DNA of 63,384 nt, filler included, from Theionarchaea archaeon (GTDB lineage: Archaea > Methanobacteriota_B > Thermococci > Methanofastidiosales > SZ-28-30): the NCBI GenBank assembly GCA_018992565.1. It is 5 parts of 5 records of this genome, joined end to end, with 100 filler letters (N's around TTAATTAATTAA, not from the genome) between each part and the next. Parts side by side here need not be neighbours in the genome. Positions count along the whole stretch, not along the records: positions 8,948 to 17,706 come from JACVGW010000097.1; positions 17,807 to 26,476 come from JACVGW010000098.1; 3 more parts are not named here. One strand, given 5' to 3'. The notes beneath the pieces were generated by a model. The model did no database searches and was not told the DNA's origin. It saw only the letters and a list, made by a program, of their open reading frames with translations. Of this stretch, positions 10,596 through 21,018 are shown one piece after another (within the stretch, counting starts at the first letter, position 1; each line of letters starts with the position of its first letter). The translations under genes and the position numbers were made by a program.

Positions 10596-10609
10596 CCAGA
10601 GGTAGTACG

Positions 10610-11557
10610 ATGGGAGAGAGAGTCCTGGTCGCCCTTGGTGGAAACGCAATTCTCAAGCACAAAGAAAAGGGAACGGCAGAAGAACAGGTCGAGAATGTTC
10701 AGGAAACATGCAGATACCTGGTGGATCTCATCAAGGAAGGATACCAGATTGCTATTACCCATGGGAATGGCCCCCAGGTGGGAGATATTCTCCTCAAGAA
10801 CGAACTGTCAAAGAAGACACTTCCCCCCATGCCTCTTGACATATGTGGTGCAGAAAGCCAGGGAATGATTGGATACATGCTGCAGCTCTCCATGCTGGGA
10901 CAGCTGCTCAAGGCAGGACTCTCCATGCCTGTGGTCACCATTCTCACCATGACCCGTGTGGACAGTAACGATCCAGCTTTCAAGAATCCACAGAAACCCA
11001 TTGGTCCCTTTTACACAGCCATGCAGGCCTCAGAGCTCAGAGAGGAAAAAGGATGGACCATAGTCGATGACAGTGGAAGAGGATGCCGGCGAGTGGTCCC
11101 ATCTCCTATTCCAACAGATATCCTGGAGAAAGATTCTATTGTGACATTGGTTCACTCAGGTGCTGTGGTTATCGCCTGCGGAGGTGGAGGAATCCCTGTG
11201 ACTATCTCTGATCAGGGAATCCCACCACCACGTGGAGTGGAAGCTGTCATTGACAAGGACCACGCTGCAGCATTGTTTGCCACCCTCATAGACGCTGACA
11301 TCCTGCTTATTCTTACTGATGTGGAAAAAGTCTCTCTGAACTTCGGCAAGCCAAATCAGAAAGACCTGACTGACATGACAGTCAAGGAAGCCCAAGAATA
11401 TTATCAAGAGGGGCAGTTTGCCCCGGGTAGCATGGGTCCCAAGATCGAATCCACCATCCAGTTTATCGAACGTGGAGGAAAAAGAGCAGTGATAACTTCA
11501 ATTCACCAGGCCAAGAATGCCCTCAAAGGTAAAGGAGGAACGGTCATTCACTCATAG
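10610..11557 (+). CDS. arcC: Carbamate kinase
   Basis: VALGGNA, HGNGPQVG, GGGGIPV, AVIDKD and GSMGPK motifs. Confidence 0.96.
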   Translation: MGERVLVALGGNAILKHKEKGTAEEQVENVQETCRYLVDLIKEGYQIAITHGNGPQVGDILLKNELSKKTLPPMPLDICGAESQGMIGYMLQLSMLGQLLKAGLSMPVVTILTMTRVDSNDPAFKNPQKPIGPFYTAMQASELREEKGWTIVDDSGRGCRRVVPSPIPTDILEKDSIVTLVHSGAVVIACGGGGIPVTISDQGIPPPRGVEAVIDKDHAAALFATLIDADILLILTDVEKVSLNFGKPNQKDLTDMTVKEAQEYYQEGQFAPGSMGPKIESTIQFIERGGKRAVITSIHQAKNALKGKGGTVIHS

Positions 11558-11626
11558 CTCATTTTTCTTTCCCTTTCTTTTTTAAAGCTGAATCTGTAAT
11601 AAAGCATAGACAAAGGAGGAATACCG

Positions 11627-14068
11627 ATGAATCAAATCAGCACACACGATGCAAAGGAAGCTTCTATAGATGACCTATTAAAGAGTCTTTCATCAAGTGA
11701 GACAGGTCTGTCTGTAGCTGAAGCAGAACATCGACTCAGAGAAGTTGGACCTAATGAGATTGTTGAAAAGAAGGCAAATCCCATTGTCAAATTCTTGCTC
11801 TATTTCTGGGGCCCTATCCCCTGGATGATTGAAGCTGCTGCCGTCATATCGATTATCATTCATCACATTTCAGATTTCTTCATCATTTCTGCCTTATTAC
11901 TGATGAACGCTGTCGTGGGATTCTGGCAGGAACACAAGGCGGATAATGCCATCGAGCTCTTGAAGAAGAGACTTGCCCCCACTGCACGGGTGCTGCGGGA
12001 CGGTTCATGGAAAGAAGTTCCTGCACGAGACCTGGTGCCTGGAGACATTGTGAGGGTTCGGCTGGGTGATATTGTCCCCGCTGATCTCAAACTGATTGAG
12101 GGCGATTACCTGCAGATTGATGAGTCTGCACTTACAGGAGAATCCCTGCCTGTAGAGAAACATGTCCCTGACGTTGCCTATTCTGGCTCTGTAATCCATC
12201 AAGGAGAAATGAATGCACTGGTAGCCACCACGGGGATGAATACGTATTTTGGAAAGACAGCAAGCCTGGTGGAAGAGGCCAGGACTGAAAGCCACTTCCA
12301 GAAAGCCATTGTCAAGATTGGTGATTATCTCATCGCTTTGGCCGTAGCACTGGTGGTACTGATTTTCATGGTGGCAATGTACCGTCATGAAAGCATGGTG
12401 GAGACACTGCAATTCGCCCTGGTCTTAACAGTGGCTGCAATCCCTGCAGCACTACCTGCTGTTCTCTCAGTTACCATGGCCATAGGGGCAACTGCTCTGG
12501 CAAAAAAAGAAGCTATTGTCAGTAAACTGGTGTCCATAGAAGAAATGGCTGGCATGGATATACTGTGCTCTGATAAAACCGGGACTATTACCAAGAACCA
12601 GCTGACCGTTGGGGAGGTGGATCTCTTTGGAAAATTCAAGGATACTGAGTTACTCCTGTATGGTGCCCTGGCTTCCAGAGAGGAGGACAAGGACCCCATT
12701 GACCTCGCCATCATTAAGAAGACAAAGACAATGAAGGAGGTAGCAGAAGAACTTCCTGGTTGTAAGGTGCTCAACTTCAAGCCCTTTGATCCTGTTTCAA
12801 AACGAACTGAAGCAACGGTAGTAGATAAGAACGGTAACCAGTTCAAAATCTCCAAGGGAGCACCCCAGGTCATCCTGGACCTTGTGGAAAACAAAGACGA
12901 TATGAAAGGTGAACTGGAAGATGATGTCGATTCTTTTGCTACAAGAGGATATCGTGCCCTTGGTGTGGCTCGAACAGACGCCAAGGATACATGGCACTAC
13001 GTTGGCCTCATCTCTCTCTATGATCCTCCTCGTGAGGATTCAGCTGAAACTATACAGACTGCCCAGTCCATGGGTGCAGAGGTCAAGATGGTCACCGGTG
13101 ATCATGTGGCCATTGCCAAGGAGATTGCAGGGCAGGTGAACCTCGGCACGAATATAGTGGAAGCTTCATCATTTCTGGATAAACCTGATAGTGAAGCTCA
13201 AGAGATTGTGGAGAAGGCTGATGGGTTTGCACAGGTATTTCCTGAACACAAGTTCCGCATTGTAGGGTTACTCCAGGCCAGAGGACACATTGTCGGCATG
13301 ACGGGAGATGGTGTCAATGATGCTCCTGCTCTCAAGAAAGCAGATGCAGGCGTTGCTGTTGCAGGAGCTACAGATGCTGCAAAATCTGCAGCAGACATTG
13401 TCCTTACCAGCCCGGGTCTTTCAGTAATCATTGACTCTATAAAAGAAAGCCGGAAGATCTTCCAACGGATGACCAATTACGCTATATACCGAATGGCTGA
13501 GACCATACGGGTGCTGCTCTTCATTACTGCATCCATTGTCGTTTTTAAGTTCTATCCTGTGACTGCCCTGATGATTGTCTTACTGGCGCTGCTCAATGAC
13601 TTTCCCATCATGACCATCGCCTATGACAATGTGAGATACTCTACTACCCCTGAACGATGGAATATGAGGACAATCCTGGGAATAGCTACATTTCTGGGGA
13701 TTATTGGAGTTTTCTCGAGCTTTGGAATCTTCTATCTGGGGTATGTCACCCTGCATTTGAGCCGTGAAATCTTGCAGTCCTTTATATATCTGAAGCTCTC
13801 TGTGGCAGGACATCTGACCGTATTCGTAGCACGTACAAAAGGCCCTTTCTGGTCAGTCAAGCCGGCATTGCCTTTGCTGGGAGCAGTGCTCATTACCCAG
13901 CTCATTGCCACGTTGATAGTTGTGTATGGATTTCTGCTGCCTGCTATGGGATGGAACCTGGCCCTGCTGGTCTGGGGATATGCGCTGGCTTTGTTTGTTA
14001 TAACTGACTTCATGAAAGTCCGTCTCTACAAACTCCTGGATCACACAGGAATCATATTCAAGAGGTAA
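11627..14068 (+). CDS. P3A-type plasma-membrane H+-exporting P-type ATPase
   Basis: TGES, PAALPAVLSVTMA, CSDKTGT, GDGVNDAP and LNDFPIMTIAYD (P3A M6 Asp). Confidence 0.92.
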   Translation: MNQISTHDAKEASIDDLLKSLSSSETGLSVAEAEHRLREVGPNEIVEKKANPIVKFLLYFWGPIPWMIEAAAVISIIIHHISDFFIISALLLMNAVVGFWQEHKADNAIELLKKRLAPTARVLRDGSWKEVPARDLVPGDIVRVRLGDIVPADLKLIEGDYLQIDESALTGESLPVEKHVPDVAYSGSVIHQGEMNALVATTGMNTYFGKTASLVEEARTESHFQKAIVKIGDYLIALAVALVVLIFMVAMYRHESMVETLQFALVLTVAAIPAALPAVLSVTMAIGATALAKKEAIVSKLVSIEEMAGMDILCSDKTGTITKNQLTVGEVDLFGKFKDTELLLYGALASREEDKDPIDLAIIKKTKTMKEVAEELPGCKVLNFKPFDPVSKRTEATVVDKNGNQFKISKGAPQVILDLVENKDDMKGELEDDVDSFATRGYRALGVARTDAKDTWHYVGLISLYDPPREDSAETIQTAQSMGAEVKMVTGDHVAIAKEIAGQVNLGTNIVEASSFLDKPDSEAQEIVEKADGFAQVFPEHKFRIVGLLQARGHIVGMTGDGVNDAPALKKADAGVAVAGATDAAKSAADIVLTSPGLSVIIDSIKESRKIFQRMTNYAIYRMAETIRVLLFITASIVVFKFYPVTALMIVLLALLNDFPIMTIAYDNVRYSTTPERWNMRTILGIATFLGIIGVFSSFGIFYLGYVTLHLSREILQSFIYLKLSVAGHLTVFVARTKGPFWSVKPALPLLGAVLITQLIATLIVVYGFLLPAMGWNLALLVWGYALALFVITDFMKVRLYKLLDHTGIIFKR

Positions 14069-14214
14069 GTCCAGAAGCAGCCGGGACGTCATGAGGTATG
14101 AAAGGAAAAACTGCAGAAAAACACCTGAGACTGTCATCAAACACATGGAATTGATCATCCATATTCCTGGATTCCTACAAAGATGCCCCCCTGTGGAAGA
14201 ATCAATCGGGAGCA

Positions 14215-15742
14215 CTACAGCACAACAGTCTCGTAGGTGTGCTCCTTGAATAATTCAGGGTATCTGAGCATGACAATGGTTCGTACGATCTCTCCCAGTT
14301 CTTTCTCTTTGCATCCTGCTGCATTTATTGAACCACTTTTCTCATATGCGGCGAGAGCACATCCNNNNNNNNNNNNNNNNNNNNNNNNNNNNNNNNNNNN
14401 NNNNNNNNNNNNNNNNNNNNNNNNNNNNNNNNNNNNNNNNNNNNNNNNNNNNNNNNNNNNNNNNGAGCATGACAATGGTTCGTACGATCTCTCCCAGTTC
14501 TTTCTCTTTGCATCCTGCTGCATTTATTGAACCACTTTTCTCATATGCGGCGAGAGCACATCCGCCACCACAAATAGGTGCAAATTTGCAGGTTGCACAT
14601 TCTTCTATCAACGACGGATCCCTCAATGTCCACATGCAGTATGCGGTGTAGTTCATGTCCACAATGTCACCTTTCTCGTTCAATGTCCCAAGTCTATGCT
14701 CAGGAAAATTGGAAGCTGCGATACACTTGTAGACGTCTCCATGCGGATCAATGACGAAATAACTGTCCGGTAGAGCACTGCACTTTTCAACGAAATTATG
14801 TATGTACACAGGAGCTGTCTTGAATCCCATATCTTGAGCCATTCTGCATAGAAGAGCTAATTCTCTCACATTCACTTCTTTTGAATTCCAGTCCGGCTCA
14901 GTATAGCAAATATCCCTACTGATAGGGCAGAAGGCAACACCCAGCCCTCCGAGCCCTCTTTCATTCAAATCCTGTAATAGTGTGCCTACAGTGCCAAGGC
15001 TGCGTTGATCAACATCCACACGTATGTGAAAAGCTATTTCGTGCTTCCTGAGCAATGTAAGAACGCGGATAAGCTTCTCATACGTTCCGGTTCCTTTCTT
15101 GTCAATACGCATGGTATCATGGATCTCCTTTGGGCCACAAAACGTGATTTGAACTCTGCAGTTGTAATCCTTGAATTTCTCTATTATTTCCTCTGTGATG
15201 AGAGTACCATTGGAGGTAAAGGAGACTGAGAGATCAATGCCTGATTCATTTGCAAAGTGCTTCAGCTTCTCTGCAATTCCGAAGACAATGTCTGGGACGA
15301 GGAGGGGCTCTCCTCCATAGAAGTTCACACCAACTCCCCCGCATCCTTCAACATTCTTCTTGATGAATTCAATGGTTCGCTCTATGGTCTTTTCATCCAT
15401 AGTTGAGCTCAACACCTCACCGTGCCCCTGGTAACAGTATGTACATGCCAGGTTACAGGCATGAGTTGGAATGATGGTGAATCCTCTTGAGGCTGCATTG
15501 TATTTGATCCTGTTGAATCTGATCTTCAACATGTCCAGTTCATTGAGGTCGTCGTCAACGACAGTTCCTTGATCCCTGAGTACTTGAAGAAATTCGTCAT
15601 CAATGCAGTCTATTTTGCCACATCTCATCAATTGGTAGACATCACTGTCAATGCGCAACAACGATCGGTGCATGACATTGTATACTATGCAATCTGTTCC
15701 CACTTCATCCAAAAGATACACGTTATATACAGATTCCTTCAC
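14215..15742 (-). CDS. Radical SAM/SPASM enzyme; C-terminus split by an assembly gap with a duplicated overlap
   Basis: GTG at 15742 after SD GGAGGTGA; CNLACTYC, YGGEP, CSA...YKC...CATCKFAPICGGGC...C. The true end is RYPELFKEHTYETVVL* at 14215. Confidence 0.88.
14266..14563. repeat. 99-bp exact duplication flanking an N gap (assembly artefact)
   Basis: 14266-14364 is identical to 14465-14563. Confidence 0.9.
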
Positions 15743-15758
15743 GAAATCACCTCCATCA

Positions 15759-17102
15759 CTAGAGAGAGCATGAACCTGAGGGGTCCAGGCTTTCTCCCTG
15801 CACTCCTCTCTCCTCAGCAAAAGCTTTGAGGTCCTCCTGCAGGCTTTGATAGACTGCTTGTTGTCTGCATATCCGCTCGCGGACAGCACCTTTGTTCTCG
15901 AATATTTCAGCAAGACAGCCCCCCCGACAGATAGGTAGAAGGCTGCACATCCTGCATTCCTGCACTGAGAACGGATCTCTCAACATTACATCAAAATAGA
16001 ACTGGTTGAATTCCGGTTCTGAATTCTCTGGATTGATTCTGCCTACTGAATTCTCCGCGAAGGGCAGCTGGATGTTGCACTTGAACAGTCGCAGAAAGGG
16101 ATCTATGACAAAATTCGAATACCTCTGGGCTCTGCATGCGCCCTGGCATGAAGGCCTGTCCTTTTTTGCCACAGTAATGTTCATGGATCTGGCCACACTA
16201 TAGAGACGGTCTGCCGCAAGAGTTCCCTCCACATCTGGCATGCAGTAGTTGTACGACGAACAGGCAGGAGACGTTTTGAACACGGGTGTAATATTGAGTG
16301 ATATGTCAGCAAAGCCTTCCTTCTTCAGGAATTCAAAAAAAGACACAATATGATACCTATTTGTTTCATCCAAATTAACACGGATCTTGATTTTCAGACC
16401 ATTATCAGTCACACAATGTAGTCCCTCAATAATGTCTTCAAACGTGCCTTTCCCGTTCTTGTACATTCTTCTCTGATCATGTATTTCCTGTGGACCATCC
16501 AAGACTACCAGGAACCCACAATTATATTGAGCCAGGTCTTCAACAATTTTTTCAGTGAATAATGTCCCATTGGTAACTGCACTCATGAAAAAGCCTTTGT
16601 TATTCTCCTCACACCACCTGCTCAATTCTTCTGCCAGGTTCAGATTTGCAGGCATATTCAACAGTGGCTCTCCACCGAAGAGTGACACTCTCAGCTCCGT
16701 ACTGCTTCCACTCTCCACCAGGTTCTGTATGAATTTCACAGTACACGCCACTGATCTTTCGTCCATTTTCTTGTTTTCTATCTCCCCTTTTCCCTCGTAG
16801 CAGTACGTGCAGGCCAAGTTGCAGGCGTACGTCGTGACAACCTCCACCGTCGTTGAGAGAGTGCAGTATTTCGAACGCTCATACATCAGCTGATACACAT
16901 CCTGCTCGTTCAGCTCATCTTCAACGATTATATCATTATCAGTAAAGGCATGTATAGACTGCTCATCCAAAAGGTTGACCTCATTTTTTTCAAGGATATT
17001 CCTGATCTCAGAATCCACCAAGAAGATAGACCCTCTTAAAGTATTAAACAGGATGTATTTCCCGTTGTAAGGAAAGAACACATTATAGTGCGATGACTTC
17101 AT
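15759..17102 (-). CDS. Radical SAM/SPASM enzyme
   Basis: ATG at 17102 after SD GAGGTG; CNLACTYC, FGGEPLL, CRA...FKC...CRMCSLLPICRGGC...C. Confidence 0.92.
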   Translation of the reverse strand: MKSSHYNVFFPYNGKYILFNTLRGSIFLVDSEIRNILEKNEVNLLDEQSIHAFTDNDIIVEDELNEQDVYQLMYERSKYCTLSTTVEVVTTYACNLACTYCYEGKGEIENKKMDERSVACTVKFIQNLVESGSSTELRVSLFGGEPLLNMPANLNLAEELSRWCEENNKGFFMSAVTNGTLFTEKIVEDLAQYNCGFLVVLDGPQEIHDQRRMYKNGKGTFEDIIEGLHCVTDNGLKIKIRVNLDETNRYHIVSFFEFLKKEGFADISLNITPVFKTSPACSSYNYCMPDVEGTLAADRLYSVARSMNITVAKKDRPSCQGACRAQRYSNFVIDPFLRLFKCNIQLPFAENSVGRINPENSEPEFNQFYFDVMLRDPFSVQECRMCSLLPICRGGCLAEIFENKGAVRERICRQQAVYQSLQEDLKAFAEERGVQGESLDPSGSCSL

Positions 17103-17422
17103 GGAACACCTCACTTGCATCTCTTGACTCCTTCTCTTTGTTGCAATGAGAATCGAGACATTATATAAGGGTTTCGATTCACAGCTATTCAAATCACGAA
17201 ATTGTCTCTGCTACCCATTAATTGTGTCGGAATGAAGGAGAGAGCACCATATTCATCCTGTCTTCACAGACTTCCCCACAGGGACAATGAGATAGAGACT
17301 TCATATCAGGTTGCAGCGTGAATTGCCAGATTCTTGCCTGCTCCTGCAGGAGGCTGAAGATGGTTGTTCTGTCTCAAGAGTGCTGCAGGGATATTTATAA
17401 ATCTCATTTTCCACACCCATTC

Positions 17423-17706
17423 ATGATTTTCGGTATCGACATTGGAGGAGCAAATATTAAGCTCACACAACTGAACAGTGAAGACAACCGTCTGGAAGTA
17501 ACCCCCATCTCTTATCCTTTTTTGGGTAAAGGAAAAATGATTGAAGACCTGATCTTCTCTATTCGTAACCCTGATGTTGTGGTTGTCACCCAGACGCTGT
17601 GTATCAGTCGTCAATTATTCTCTTCTGCACGAGAAGGCACCCACTACATCATTGATGTAACTGAACGGTTGTTTGGTGATAGAGTACGATACCTGGGTCT
17701 TTCTTA
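17423..17706 (+). CDS. ASKHA-fold hydantoinase/MfnF-like protein, N-terminal part (cut by scaffold end)
   Basis: MIFGIDIGGANIK; TATA TTTATAAA 29 nt upstream. Confidence 0.65.
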
Positions 17707-17750
17707 NNNNNNNNNNNNNNNNNNNNNNNNNNNNNNNNNNNNNNNNNNNN

Positions 17751-17762
17751 TTAATTAATTAA
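17751..17762. other. Artificial scaffold linker
   Basis: TTAATTAATTAA inside an N run. Confidence 0.97.
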
Positions 17763-17806
17763 NNNNNNNNNNNNNNNNNNNNNNNNNNNNNNNNNNNNNN
17801 NNNNNN

Positions 17807-18193
17807 CTCTTCCATGTGTCTCCTGGTGGTAATCACGCTTCCGCAACCCTGGCACAGGATGAGGTCATGCTCAATCTCATCATAGGATGATGTCTTATCG
17901 AGGGTGGCCATTTCAAACTTCTCGGTGAGATGAATTCCTTCCCATGGGCAGACATCCTGACAACTCCTGCAGAAGATACAGAGCCCATGATCGATTCTCA
18001 TGACCCTGGTCTTTCCCTCGTCCACAATAGAGATTGCTTTAGGAGGGCATACTGCAGCACATGCACCGCATCCAACGCAATCATCAGTGAACTCAGTCCT
18101 TCCCCTGAATCCTTCAGGAGCGGGAGAAGGCTCAAAAGGGTACTTCACCGTGAAAGGCTTCTTAAACAAGGAAAATAATGCTTCAAGTTCCAT
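17807..18193 (-). CDS. mbhN: Hydrogenase 2x[4Fe-4S] subunit (NuoI-like), 3' truncated
   Basis: TVKYPF, CVGCGACAAVCP and CIFCRSCQDVCP. Confidence 0.85.
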
Positions 18194-19077
18194 TAAATCA
18201 CCACCCTCACAAGATCAATGACTGCCAGAACTGCCATGTAGTTCCAGAAGAAAACAAAGCTCTGCTCTGTTTTTACCCTGGCCGATATGATCTTGATGAA
18301 GATGAACACAAGCCACAACAGCCCTCCAGTGATCAGGAACATCCACCAGTTTTTCCAGAAGAACAGGATGACTGCAAGAGATATCACTGTAAACATTTTT
18401 ACCTGGTTAGAAAGCGTGAAAATAGCCAGCCTGTACCCGGAGTATTCCACAAGCGGTCCTCCCAGAATTTCCTGCTCAGCTTCCGGTATGTCAAAGGGTT
18501 GCAGCCCGATCTTTGCTGGTATGATGCTCAGGAAAGCAATGCAGGCAAAAGGAAGCTGGTAAAACAGCATGCCATGTACCTCCTGCGCTTCAGCAATTCC
18601 TGCCAGCGAGAAACTGCCTGCTCTTACTGCCACTGCTACAATGGAAATGGCAAGAGGCAGTTCATAGGCAAACAACTGGGTCACTTCTCTTGATCCTCCC
18701 ACAGCACCAAAAGGACTGGCTGAGGAAAATCCTCCCACTGCCAGCATAATGGACGACATATTCAGAACATAGATTACCACAATGACATCACCAGCAAAGG
18801 ACAGTCCCCATACCGGAAACAGCATGGGCACCACCAGGATAGACGCCAGGGCAATGACAGGGGCCCAGGTAAATAAAGCACCCGCCTTTTCAGGCTTGAC
18901 ACTGTCCTTGGAGAGTAACTTCACAAAATCATAAAAGGGCTGCAGAAATGGTGGGCCACGCCTGTTCTGCATGCGTGCTCTCACCTTTCGGTACACTCCT
19001 GCATACAGGAACGTCATCACCGAGGTGAACAGCAGCCCCGGAATGATGAAAATGGAAATCAATGGATTCAAACTCAT
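18193..19077 (-). CDS. mbhM: Hydrogenase membrane subunit (NuoH-like)
   Basis: RKVRARMQNRRGPP, QPFYDFVKLL and PFDIPEAEQE...VEYSG. Confidence 0.9.
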   Translation of the reverse strand: MSLNPLISIFIIPGLLFTSVMTFLYAGVYRKVRARMQNRRGPPFLQPFYDFVKLLSKDSVKPEKAGALFTWAPVIALASILVVPMLFPVWGLSFAGDVIVVIYVLNMSSIMLAVGGFSSASPFGAVGGSREVTQLFAYELPLAISIVAVAVRAGSFSLAGIAEAQEVHGMLFYQLPFACIAFLSIIPAKIGLQPFDIPEAEQEILGGPLVEYSGYRLAIFTLSNQVKMFTVISLAVILFFWKNWWMFLITGGLLWLVFIFIKIISARVKTEQSFVFFWNYMAVLAVIDLVRVVI

Positions 19078-19081
19078 GATA

Positions 19082-20167
19082 TCACCTATCTGTACAGCAG
19101 AAACATGGATCAATGCTGGCCAGCGTAATGGGAACATCACCCAGAGTGTCACCCTGCAGCATCACCGGAACTGCCTGTACATTTGCATATGTGGGAGCTC
19201 TAATCTTCACTCTCTCAGGATAGAATGTTCCATTAGACCTGACATAGTGGAATACTTCTCCCCGGGGAGCTTCGTATCTGCCCACTCCTTCACCAGGAGG
19301 GATCTGCTTCACCTTGACAGCTATCTCCCCTCCTGACAGCTCTCTGAGAGCTGTCACTGCCTGTCTGATGATTTTCACAGATTCAATAATTTCAAGAAGT
19401 CTGACTTTTGCCCTTGCCATGTTGTCTTCCTCGTCCAGTACAATTTTCTCGAAGTCCACCTTATCATAGGCAAGATGAGGATCATCTTTCCTCACATCCA
19501 CAGCATACCCTGACGCCCTGGCCAGAGGACCTACCGTACACAGCCGCCTGGCATCCTCTCTGGGCAGGATACCTGTTCCCACAAGGCGTGCCTTTATGGT
19601 CCTGTTTCTCAGGAAAGAGTCAATGTAGTACTCAGTCCTGCGCTCAACCACATCCAGTGCAGTCAGCAGCCCAGGGATGTGCTTTTCAGTAATATCCTTC
19701 CTGCATCCTCCTACAGTATTCCATGCATAGTGGTTTCTGTTGCCTGTAATAATCTCCAGCTGATCCAGAACAAATTCCCTATCTCTCCATATGTACATGA
19801 ATAACGTCTCAATCCCTATTATTTCAGCAGCTATTCCAGCCCACAGCAGGTGAGAATGAATCCTTTCCAGCTCAGCTATGATCATCCTCGAGTAGTTTGC
19901 TCTTTCAGGTACAGTAACGTTGGCAATGTCCTCCACTGCCTGCGTGAAAGCCACAGGATGGGACATGGAACAGATGCCGCAGATCCTCTCTACCAGCAGT
20001 ATATCCTGCTCATAGGTCTTTCTCTCTGCCAGTTTCTCTATGCCTCTGTGGTTATATCCCATAGCAATGTCCACATTGACCACTTTCTCTCCTTCTGCAT
20101 GCACTCTCAGGCGTTCAGGTTCTGCCAGAGCCAAATGCTGAGGTCCAAATTGCACAACAACATCCAT
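19082..20167 (-). CDS. mbhL: Group 4 [NiFe] hydrogenase large subunit
   Basis: GYNHRGIEK, ERICGIC (L1) and DPCFCCTDR (L2); all four Ni-Fe cysteines are present. Confidence 0.93.
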   Translation of the reverse strand: MDVVVQFGPQHLALAEPERLRVHAEGEKVVNVDIAMGYNHRGIEKLAERKTYEQDILLVERICGICSMSHPVAFTQAVEDIANVTVPERANYSRMIIAELERIHSHLLWAGIAAEIIGIETLFMYIWRDREFVLDQLEIITGNRNHYAWNTVGGCRKDITEKHIPGLLTALDVVERRTEYYIDSFLRNRTIKARLVGTGILPREDARRLCTVGPLARASGYAVDVRKDDPHLAYDKVDFEKIVLDEEDNMARAKVRLLEIIESVKIIRQAVTALRELSGGEIAVKVKQIPPGEGVGRYEAPRGEVFHYVRSNGTFYPERVKIRAPTYANVQAVPVMLQGDTLGDVPITLASIDPCFCCTDR

Positions 20168-20169
20168 GG

Positions 20170-20589
20170 TTAAAACCTCCTCAGGGGATATTCAGTATAA
20201 TCATCAGGCAGGAACAGGTGACGGGGATCGGGATGGTTGACTACGGTAATACCCATCATTTCCATGGCTTCTCTCTCGTACCAGGCCGCGGACGGATAGA
20301 TATCAGATATGGTCTCAATCCTGGGATTTCCCCGGGGAGCTGATGTCTTCAGACTCACCTGGAGGGGATGAAGTTCAAAGTGATAGACGAGTTCCAGCTC
20401 CTCGCCCAGGTCTACAGAAGTGATCACCGAAAGGTGGCCTCCCATATCCTGGAAGAGCTTGACTGCCTGTCTGTGAGACCCATTTCGCACCTTAGAAAAT
20501 ACCCTATTTCTCCGAGCCAGAGTGAACTCCAGCACATCTTCTCTGAGATGAGTTCTCAATGTCTCTTCCAGTTCTGAAGCAGTGACCAT
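20170..20589 (-). CDS. mbhK: Hydrogenase NuoC-like subunit
   Basis: ISDIYPSAAWYEREAMEMMGI...HPD...YPLR. Confidence 0.88.
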   Translation of the reverse strand: MVTASELEETLRTHLREDVLEFTLARRNRVFSKVRNGSHRQAVKLFQDMGGHLSVITSVDLGEELELVYHFELHPLQVSLKTSAPRGNPRIETISDIYPSAAWYEREAMEMMGITVVNHPDPRHLFLPDDYTEYPLRRF

Positions 20590-21018
20590 CTACTCACCCC
20601 ACAATGCATTGAGCGCAGTGACCACTCCATGCAGAATGGCCTGAGGTCTCGGTGGACATCCAGGAATGTATGCTGCCACCGGGATCACCTTATCTGCAGG
20701 GCCGTATGATGCGTATGTCTCATTGAAAATTCCTTTCGTAATTGCACAGGAGCCAATAGCTACAGCAGCCTTTGGTTCCATGGTCTGTTCATAGAGTCGC
20801 TTCAGCACATCTCTCATTTTTAGTGAGATGATTCCCGTCACCACAATAATGTCTGCATGACGAGGATTTGGCTTCAGTACACCACCGAACCGTTCCACAT
20901 CAAATCGAGGAGCGAGAGCTGCCAGGATTTCAATATCACAATTATTACATGATCCGCAGCTCACGTGGAGTAGCCAGGGAGATTTCTTCCGACAGTAGTT
21001 GACCATTTTATCCAGCAT
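20590..21018 (-). CDS. mbhJ: Hydrogenase small subunit (NuoB-like)
   Basis: CGSCNNCDIE, PRHADI, GSCA and IPGCPPRP. Confidence 0.92.
   Translation of the reverse strand: MLDKMVNYCRKKSPWLLHVSCGSCNNCDIEILAALAPRFDVERFGGVLKPNPRHADIIVVTGIISLKMRDVLKRLYEQTMEPKAAVAIGSCAITKGIFNETYASYGPADKVIPVAAYIPGCPPRPQAILHGVVTALNALWGE

Noticed and set aside
14266..14563. Apparent tandem duplication or frameshift at the rSAM 3' end
   Set aside because: An exact 99-bp overlap around a 100-N gap is a scaffolding artefact; merging restores one ORF.
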